A DNA stretch of 64,000 nucleotides from Patescibacteria group bacterium. GTDB lineage: Bacteria > Patescibacteriota > WWE3 > UBA101185 > UBA10185. Under the pieces are notes generated by a model that worked only from the letters and a program-made list of their open reading frames with translations, was not told the DNA's origin and searched no databases. Where the stretch lies: positions 174,619 to 238,618 of the forward strand of contig JAHJEV010000003.1 in NCBI GenBank assembly GCA_018825365.1, read 5' to 3'. Shown here in pieces: positions 57,309 through 64,000 of the stretch. The translations under genes were made by a program, and so were the position numbers. The number at the start of each line of letters is the position of its first letter. The first letter of the stretch is position 1.

Positions 57309-58531
57309 AATCCGTAGAAAATTTCTAGGAGTCTGTTGTATTTAGCAACTCTTTCCCCTCTTGCCGGCGCGCCTGACTTAATAAAATCAGCTTCAACCGC
57401 CACAGCAAGATCCGAAATAAAGGTGTCATTTGGATTCTCGCCACTTCTATGAGAAATGATAACCGCCATCTTTGACTTTCTGGCCTCTTTTATAAACTCC
57501 AAAGTTTCAGTTAGAGTTCCGATTTGGTTTGGTTTCACAATAACTGCGTTTATCATCTTCTCTTTGGCCACACTTCTTAGTATCTCCGGGTTAGTAGCAA
57601 CTAAATCATCCCCAACGATCATCAACTTGTTTGCAAAGTTGCTATGTAGTTCCTTCCAGCCATCTAGATCCTTCTCGAATAAAGGGTCTTCCAGGTAAAT
57701 TAACTCGTACTTTGAAAATAAATTGGAATAGTAATCAATCATTTCTTTTGACGTCAGACTCAAATGCTCCTCACTCACAACATACTTTCCATTTTTATAA
57801 AAGGATCCTGCCGCTGCATCCATCCCAAGAAACACATCGCTGCCAACTTCATAATGACTGTCGATCGCTCTTTTTAGAAAATCTAACGCCGTATCCGCAG
57901 ATAGCCCGTGAGGTTCAAAACCGCCTTCGTCACCAACTCCCGTTTCAAAACCCTCATCAACAAGAAGCCGTTTCAAATCTTTGTAGATTTCAACCCCCAT
58001 CCCTATCGCCTGATTTAAAGGAGTGTTTAATGCAGGAATAACCATGAATTCCTGAAACGATAGATTATTTCTAGCGTGCTTCCCCCCATTTAACACATTA
58101 AATATCGGGGTTGGAAATTTTAATTCCCCCTTGGGTTTTTCTTTCCCGTTATATAAAAAATTTAAATAACTATAAAGTTCCAGGTCTTTTGATTTTGCTG
58201 CTGCTTGAGCTGCCGCCAAGGAAACAGAAATGATGCTGTTTGCTCCCAAACGACTCTTGTCTTTCGTTCCATCCATTTTTATCAGAATTTCATCTATAAG
58301 TTTCTGGTTACCGGGATCTTTTCCTATTAAAATATCGTTGATGGAAGTTGAAACGAAATCGGCCGCCTTTTCCTCGTCAATATACTTGGCCTCATTCTCG
58401 CCAACAGAGGCCCCGGATGGTACCGGTTGAACAACAACAGTTCCATCATCCAGGGAAATTTTTGTTTCTATAGTCCAATCTCCCCTTGAATCTAAAACTC
58501 TTTGGCATCTGACATTTTCGATTCTGGCCAT
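57305..58531 (-). CDS. eno: enolase
   Basis: N-terminus ENVRCQRVLDSRGDWTIE and conserved enolase blocks. 408 aa. Confidence 0.9.
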   Translation of the reverse strand: MARIENVRCQRVLDSRGDWTIETKISLDDGTVVVQPVPSGASVGENEAKYIDEEKAADFVSTSINDILIGKDPGNQKLIDEILIKMDGTKDKSRLGANSIISVSLAAAQAAAKSKDLELYSYLNFLYNGKEKPKGELKFPTPIFNVLNGGKHARNNLSFQEFMVIPALNTPLNQAIGMGVEIYKDLKRLLVDEGFETGVGDEGGFEPHGLSADTALDFLKRAIDSHYEVGSDVFLGMDAAAGSFYKNGKYVVSEEHLSLTSKEMIDYYSNLFSKYELIYLEDPLFEKDLDGWKELHSNFANKLMIVGDDLVATNPEILRSVAKEKMINAVIVKPNQIGTLTETLEFIKEARKSKMAVIISHRSGENPNDTFISDLAVAVEADFIKSGAPARGERVAKYNRLLEIFYGF

Positions 58532-58532
58532 A

Positions 58533-60842
58533 TCATTTTTTATCTTTTTTAGATAAAACCTTCTTTTCTGCTTCGTAAACTATTTCCCTTGTTTTTTCGA
58601 TAACATCAGGACTTACAGAAACAGATGTAATTCCCCATTCAACAAGCATCTCAACTAAATCAGGATAAACAGAGGGGGCTTGCCCACACATCGAACAGGT
58701 AATCTTCCTTTTTTTACATGTTGTAACAATTTTTTCAAACGATTTCAAAACCGCCGGATCCATTTCACTGTAAACATTTGCAACTCTTTCGTTGTCCCTA
58801 TCAACTCCGAGTGTCAACATCGTTAAGTCATTCGATCCGACCGAAACCCCGTCTATACCTTCATCAATAAACTCATCAAGCAAAATAACATTTGAAGGAA
58901 TTTCAACCATCATCCAAAATTTAAACATCCCGCTTCTTCTTAAACCTGCAGCAGAAACCAGTTTCTTAACTTCTCTCATCTCTCCCAAAGTTCGAACAAA
59001 CGGCATCATTATCCAAAGATTTTTGTATCCCTTTTTGTTTCGAACTATTTTTATAGCTTCAAGCTCCATCTCAAACACATCGTAATCTTTGATATACCTT
59101 GAAACTCCTCTATAACCTATCAAAGGATTTGGTTCTTCCTGCTCAAATTCTTTGCCACCTTTAAGATTTGCGTATTCGTTTGATTTGAAGTCGTTAAATC
59201 TATAGACAACCGGTCTTGGGTTAAATGCCTCAGCAAACTTCTCTATTCCTTCGGAAAGCTTTTCTATAAATTCTCTTCTTTTTCCATCCTTAATAAACTT
59301 CTTTGGGTGAGTTCCAATATTTGCCATTATAAATTCAGCTCTCAAAAGTCCAATACCGTCGGTATTTCTTTTTGCCATATCAATAGCCAGTTCCGGCTCG
59401 GCCAAATTCACATAAATTTTAGTAGCAGTTTTTATTTTTGCTAAATCTACTTTTGATCTTTTCGATTGCTGAACAACTTTTGTCAGATCCCCCTCATAAA
59501 TTCTTCCTGCCTCCCCGTCAACCGTAATAACCTCGCCTGAGGAAAGCATTTTAGTGGCCTGCTCAGTACCAACTATGCATGGAACTCCAAGCTCGCGACT
59601 GACAATGGCAGCATGGCTTGTTCTGCCGCCCAAATCTGTAACTATACCCGCTGCTCTTTTCATAGCGGGTACATAATCAGGGTTTGTCATCTCAGCAACT
59701 AAAATATCACCTTGCTTAACTTTCCCGATTTCCTTAATTCCCTTAACAATTCTTACTTTCCCAGACGCAATCCCGGGAGAAGCGGCTAAACCTTCAAGAA
59801 TCGGCTTTTTCATCTTATCCTCATCAATAATTACGTCTTCGGAGACTCTTTCCTTCATGGTGGTCACAGGTCTTGTCTGAACAATCCTTATCTTCCCGTC
59901 TTCAATTCCATACTCAATGTCCTGAGGATGGCCGTAATGTTCTTCAAGTTTTATCCCGATTTTGGCAAGTTCAACAATCTGCCTATTTGTAAGTTTTTGC
60001 TTCTTTTGATATTTTTTCGAAACTGGAACTTTCTTTCCGTCTATTGTTGTCTGCCACTCCTGAGGAGCTATAAATCTTGACTTAATCTTCATGGTCTTTT
60101 TATCAACAATATATTGATCGGGGGTAATTTCCCCAAGAACAATAGGCTCCCCAAGCCCCCATCCGGACTCAATTGAAAGCTCCTCTCTGTTATTTGTTAC
60201 GGGGTTTATTGAAAACACTATTCCTGACACCTCTGACTGAACCATAAGCTGAACGGGAACCGCGATTCCTACTTTTAAGTGAGAAAACTTATTTGTAACT
60301 CTGTAAAAAATAGCTCTGGCTTCAAATAAAGATGCCCAGCACTTCTGTACATGTTTAACAACGTTTGAAGCGCCTTTGATTTCCAAAAAAGATGATTGCT
60401 GACCGGCAAAAGAGGCCTCCGGTAAATCTTCCGCTGTTGCTGATGATCTTACTGCGACCAATTTATTGCTCTCCCCGCAAAGCTCCAGGTAGTATTTTTT
60501 AATCTCATCGGCTAAATCCTCAGACATATCGGCTTCTAATATCGCCGTTTTGATATGTTCAGAGGCACGAACAAGCTTTTCGGAATCATCAACATCAAGA
60601 TCTGAAAGCTCGGTAAGTATTTTCTTTTTTATGGAAGTGGTATCTATAAAATCAAAGTAAGCCTTCGCGGTAACCACAAAACCTTCAGGTACAGGTATCC
60701 CTGCGTTGGTCATCTCTCCAAGGTTTGCACCTTTCCCCCCGACCAGAGGGATATCCGTCTTTCTAATTTGTTTGAACCAAAGCACATGGGCAGTTTCTTT
60801 ATTCATATATAAAATAGTAGCATTGATGTTTTGGAGTAACAA
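58533..60842 (-). CDS. ppsA: phosphoenolpyruvate synthase (pyruvate, water dikinase)
   Basis: N-terminal ATP-grasp-like region IPLVGGKGANLGEM, phospho-His domain GGRTSHAAIVSRELGVPCIVG, C-terminal PEP-utilising TIM barrel. 769 aa. Confidence 0.85.
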   Translation of the reverse strand: MLLQNINATILYMNKETAHVLWFKQIRKTDIPLVGGKGANLGEMTNAGIPVPEGFVVTAKAYFDFIDTTSIKKKILTELSDLDVDDSEKLVRASEHIKTAILEADMSEDLADEIKKYYLELCGESNKLVAVRSSATAEDLPEASFAGQQSSFLEIKGASNVVKHVQKCWASLFEARAIFYRVTNKFSHLKVGIAVPVQLMVQSEVSGIVFSINPVTNNREELSIESGWGLGEPIVLGEITPDQYIVDKKTMKIKSRFIAPQEWQTTIDGKKVPVSKKYQKKQKLTNRQIVELAKIGIKLEEHYGHPQDIEYGIEDGKIRIVQTRPVTTMKERVSEDVIIDEDKMKKPILEGLAASPGIASGKVRIVKGIKEIGKVKQGDILVAEMTNPDYVPAMKRAAGIVTDLGGRTSHAAIVSRELGVPCIVGTEQATKMLSSGEVITVDGEAGRIYEGDLTKVVQQSKRSKVDLAKIKTATKIYVNLAEPELAIDMAKRNTDGIGLLRAEFIMANIGTHPKKFIKDGKRREFIEKLSEGIEKFAEAFNPRPVVYRFNDFKSNEYANLKGGKEFEQEEPNPLIGYRGVSRYIKDYDVFEMELEAIKIVRNKKGYKNLWIMMPFVRTLGEMREVKKLVSAAGLRRSGMFKFWMMVEIPSNVILLDEFIDEGIDGVSVGSNDLTMLTLGVDRDNERVANVYSEMDPAVLKSFEKIVTTCKKRKITCSMCGQAPSVYPDLVEMLVEWGITSVSVSPDVIEKTREIVYEAEKKVLSKKDKK

Positions 60843-60863
60843 CAGAAATTTATAACACGAGGG

Positions 60864-61694
60864 TTATTTTATTGGCAGAGAGAAGATAAATTTAACTCCG
60901 CTGGGCTTGTTATCTTCCATCCAAATCTTTCCCCCGTGTGCTTCGATTATCCCCTTGCAAATCGCAAGTCCCAAACCGGTCCCTTTCTCCCCCACTCCTG
61001 CCTGATTTGAAGCTTGGAAAAACTTGTGAAATATCATGGGCTTGTCCTTATCAGGAATCCCTACCCCGTCATCCGCCACCTCTACAATCACAGACCGAGC
61101 GTCTTTCCTTGCGTTGACTACAACCTTACCCTTTTCAGGACAAAACTTTATAGAGTTTGCTATAAGATTATTTAAAACCTGCTTTACCCTATCCGAATCA
61201 AAGCTAAAACTTGGAATTTTCCCTGAAACCGGGCAGGAGAGTGCAACATTTTTTACTTTTGCTAAAGGTTCAAAATACCCACACTCCTCCCTTAATACAT
61301 CTCTTATATCGCCGTAGGTTTCGCTGATCTGGAACTTCCCACCCTCCATTTTTGAAATATCCAGTATGTCACCAACAACTTTTAAAAGACCGGAAGAAGA
61401 AGATTTTATTTGATGTAAAAGGGTATGTATTTGTTCAGCACTCAGCTCATCTGTAGTTTTAATAAGCAAGTCCGCGGCTCCACTTATCACTGAAAGTGGG
61501 GATCTTAACTCATGTATCACCATTGGGAAAAATTCGTTTTGTTCTGAGTGTTTCTTTGCTTGTTCTTCAATAAATGCTTCCTCATATTTTTTAAGCTTCG
61601 TAAGGTCTCTTGTTTTTGAGAAAAGTATCAAGGAGATAACTAGCAAAAGGATTGACTCGAATATAACTAAAATATTTAAGATATAATCTTGCAT
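60864..61694 (-). CDS. sensor histidine kinase (single TM, HisKA + HATPase_c)
   Basis: H-box HELRSPLSVISGAADLL. N, G1 and G2 boxes present (DDGVGIP, GTGLGLAICKGIIEAHGG). Confidence 0.85.
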   Translation of the reverse strand: MQDYILNILVIFESILLLVISLILFSKTRDLTKLKKYEEAFIEEQAKKHSEQNEFFPMVIHELRSPLSVISGAADLLIKTTDELSAEQIHTLLHQIKSSSSGLLKVVGDILDISKMEGGKFQISETYGDIRDVLREECGYFEPLAKVKNVALSCPVSGKIPSFSFDSDRVKQVLNNLIANSIKFCPEKGKVVVNARKDARSVIVEVADDGVGIPDKDKPMIFHKFFQASNQAGVGEKGTGLGLAICKGIIEAHGGKIWMEDNKPSGVKFIFSLPIK

Positions 61695-61703
61695 ATAGGC
61701 AGT

Positions 61704-62105
61704 TTAAGATTCTGTTACTCTTACGACCGATTCTTGAGCCTCGCCCAAAAGTCCAGCTATCTTTGCGGGGAGTTCGGAAGGAACTATGTTGTATTTCATA
61801 AGATAATCGTTGGAGCCATATTCCATAGCTTTGCTTATGTTATCATCGCTTCCAAAGTTTGTAAGCATCACTACCTTTACCTCTTTAGTCTCTTCTCTTT
61901 CTCTAAGCTCCTTCAAAATATCAAGCCCGCTCGTTCCCGGAAGAACAATATCAAGCAAAATTAAGTCGGGTTTTTCAGTAATTACTTTCTCAACTGCGAG
62001 CGATCCGTCGGAAACATGAATAACATCGTATCCCTTCATTTTTAAAGGAACCGAAAAAATATTATAAAATCCCTCATCATCCTCGACAAATAATATTTTC
62101 TTGGG
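61704..62105 (-). CDS. single-domain response regulator (receiver only)
   Basis: MPKKILFVEDDEG...LILLDIVLPGTSGLD...K has the receiver-domain Asp pocket. The ORF-track N-terminal extension to 62153 is unlikely to be translated. Confidence 0.8.
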   Translation of the reverse strand, partial: PKKILFVEDDEGFYNIFSVPLKMKGYDVIHVSDGSLAVEKVITEKPDLILLDIVLPGTSGLDILKELREREETKEVKVVMLTNFGSDDNISKAMEYGSNDYLMKYNIVPSELPAKIAGLLGEAQESVVRVTES

Positions 62106-62160
62106 CATATACAAATAGTACAGAATAGTAAAATGGAAGTAAATAACAAGCAAAGGTCAT

Positions 62161-62205
62161 GCGCGGGGCCGTAGTTTGCCACCACAGCCCCCGCTTTTTG
62201 ATTTA
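62161..62205 (+). terminator. GC-rich hairpin plus T-run (terminator-like, plus-strand oriented)
   Basis: GCGCGGGGCC-GTAGTTTGCCACCACA-GCCCCCGC followed by TTTTTGATTT. No plus-strand gene lies upstream. Confidence 0.4.
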
Positions 62206-62320
62206 TGTCCCAAATATTTTGAGTCTTTCTCATTTTCTTTCCTGCCTCTTTTCTCAATATCATTTATAGATCAGAAATTGAAATTTTAAAGAGTATGAAA
62301 TCTATTAAAAATAGAATGTA

Positions 62321-64000
62321 TCACTCTGTTGCTACAGAGACTTTGTCCGGGGGCAGTCCAAAAAACTTAGTTAGCTCTTTGGCAGTTTCCATCCACAAAG
62401 GAACAGCTGTTTCCGCAGCATATACGGATCTTCTTGGTTCTTCTAATTTTATAATCATTGAAAAAGCTTTTGATGCAGACATAAAACCGATGAATGTGGC
62501 ATTTGTTCTGTCCGGAGAGTATGACCCACCTTCCGGTATCTGGGCAGTACCGGTTTTACCTGCAATTTTGTAGTCTTTGAGGTTAAAATATCTAGACTCT
62601 CCTCCCTCAACTGCTTTTTCCAGCATTGAAATCATGGTTTCTGATGTTCCTTTTGATATAACCCTGCGGACATTCTTTACTGGAATATGTGTTTCCCCTT
62701 TATCGTCCACCATTTTGAGAATAATTCTTGGCTGAAGAAGATAACCGCCATTAATAACGGCATTAAACCCGTTTAAAACCTGAAGGGGGGTTGCAGACAC
62801 ACCTTGTCCGAAAGAAATGTTAGCCGTGTCGATATCCGTCCAATCTTTTCCATCCCTCAAAAGTCCGGCCTCCTCTCCTTCAAGATCAATATTCGTTTTA
62901 GAACCCATACCGTAACTAGTCAGATACTTATACAAACCATCCTTTCCTATCTGATGACCTACCCAAGACGCTCCAATATTGTTTGATTTTTGCAGTAATT
63001 GAATAATCGTCTGGACTCCGTAATGTTTGCCATCCCAATTGTCTATTTTATGGCCCGAATACCAAACCGGCCCACCATCATTAAATGTAGAATCTGGAGT
63101 AATCAATTTCAAATCAATAGCCGTAGAGATAGTAAAGGGTTTCATAACTGATCCCGGTTCATATATTCCGGAAATGGCCAGATTTTTTCTTTCAACAGAT
63201 TTTCTTCTTACATCAGTATCTTGCTCATCACCCGCGGAAAAATCAAAAGGAGAGTAAGCGGGATAGTTTACCATTGCTAAAATATCCCCTGTGAATGGAT
63301 CCATTATAATAATGCTTCCCGAAATCGCATCATATCTTTCAACACCTTCTTTTATCTTTTTCTCTGCGATATATTGAATGGCTCTATTTATTGTCAGGAC
63401 AACATTTCTTCCTTGAGACGGATCAATTTTCTTATAACTTCCCATTAAAATAGGAATTCCGAGAGCGTCCGTTTCTTCCATTAATTTACCGGGCTTGCCT
63501 TTCAAATCATCATTTAAACTTCCCTCTATGCCGTAGTAACCGGTTTTTTCTCCCTTTTCGTCGCTAGCTACAAACCCAAGAACATGACTTGCCAAGTTTC
63601 CTTCCGGATAATACCTCACTGGAAATTCTTCAAAACCAATACCTTGTATTTCTTTTGCCAGTATTTTTTCCCGTTCAACAGGAGTTACATCCTTCTTAAG
63701 AGAGACCCAAATCAAATCCATAACTAAGGCGTTATAAATCTCCTCAAAATATTTCTCTTTCAAACTATTTTTTTCTTCCCCGCTGCCATCAGAGAGAAAT
63801 CTCGACTCAACAAAGATATCAGCCAGATCACTTGCCACTTGGTACGGGTCTTTAACCCTTTTAGGTTCACCAAACATTAAATAGTGGTTTCTTGTCCCTG
63901 CCAAAACGTATCCGTCAGAAGTCAGAATCTCCCCTCTTTTGGCCGGAACCTCCTTAGATGTCTGATACTGTTCTTGAGCAAGTGCTAAATATTTGTTGTG
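62321..64000 (-). CDS. penicillin-binding protein 2 / transpeptidase. The N-terminus lies beyond the 3' edge of the window.
   Basis: SxxK (GSVMKPF) and KTGTA motifs. The reading frame stays open to position 64000 (upstream translation ...RGEILTSDGYVLAGTRNHYLMFGEP), so the gene is truncated by the window. Confidence 0.85.
   Translation of the reverse strand, partial: HNKYLALAQEQYQTSKEVPAKRGEILTSDGYVLAGTRNHYLMFGEPKRVKDPYQVASDLADIFVESRFLSDGSGEEKNSLKEKYFEEIYNALVMDLIWVSLKKDVTPVEREKILAKEIQGIGFEEFPVRYYPEGNLASHVLGFVASDEKGEKTGYYGIEGSLNDDLKGKPGKLMEETDALGIPILMGSYKKIDPSQGRNVVLTINRAIQYIAEKKIKEGVERYDAISGSIIIMDPFTGDILAMVNYPAYSPFDFSAGDEQDTDVRRKSVERKNLAISGIYEPGSVMKPFTISTAIDLKLITPDSTFNDGGPVWYSGHKIDNWDGKHYGVQTIIQLLQKSNNIGASWVGHQIGKDGLYKYLTSYGMGSKTNIDLEGEEAGLLRDGKDWTDIDTANISFGQGVSATPLQVLNGFNAVINGGYLLQPRIILKMVDDKGETHIPVKNVRRVISKGTSETMISMLEKAVEGGESRYFNLKDYKIAGKTGTAQIPEGGSYSPDRTNATFIGFMSASKAFSMIIKLEEPRRSVYAAETAVPLWMETAKELTKFFGLPPDKVSVATE

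Noticed and set aside
1-64000. rRNA genes, tmRNA, RNase P RNA, SRP RNA
   Set aside because: No candidate with the conserved cores of these RNAs was recognised by eye in any intergenic region. This cannot be excluded without a covariance-model search.

Overview
The window is a low-GC (~35%) bacterial chromosome with streamlined core operons and short intergenic regions. Its gene content (PolX, class II RNR, a compact dcw cluster) suggests a small-genome lineage, possibly CPR/Patescibacteria; that attribution is inference. Core content on the minus strand includes gatC-gatA-(HEPN-like)-SDR-gatB, htpX-lemA, polX, ileS, a PduO-type cobalamin adenosyltransferase next to class II RNR (nrdJ), the ftsZ-ftsA-ftsQ-murG-ftsW-mraY-murA-secG cell-division/wall cluster, uvrC, uvrA, uvrB, lexA, eno-ppsA, a two-component pair and a PBP2 that runs off the 3' edge. 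There is also a Wzx/Wzy surface-polysaccharide locus (17.7-25.3 kb) flanked by two paralogous clan GH-A hydrolases plus a GH18-like protein. Four tRNAs were found (Asp-GTC, Gly-CCC, Thr-CGT, Val-CAC). The most unusual features are two tRNA-adjacent accessory islets whose single-gene cassettes are bounded by direct repeats resembling the 3' end of the neighbouring tRNA. (1) After tRNA-Asp: a GC-rich ORF, then three near-identical 33-bp repeats spaced exactly 622 bp apart, bounding a leaderless cyclase/kynurenine-formamidase-like gene and a 3-methyladenine DNA glycosylase. (2) After tRNA-Gly: four related repeats carrying the tRNA 3' end GCTCCA, bounding a P-type ATPase and a GC-rich Cys-His-Asp ORF. 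No integrase is present in either islet. A third GC-rich, self-contained module lies between uvrA and uvrB: a consensus sigma70 promoter, a ~190-nt structured leader, a 2TM protein and a terminator. Other items of note are a solitary HEPN-like gene inside the gat operon, an S41 peptidase with a degenerate J-like segment, a putative tandem triphosphate-tunnel (VTC+CYTH-like) protein next to DedA, and a candidate palindromic operator upstream of lexA.
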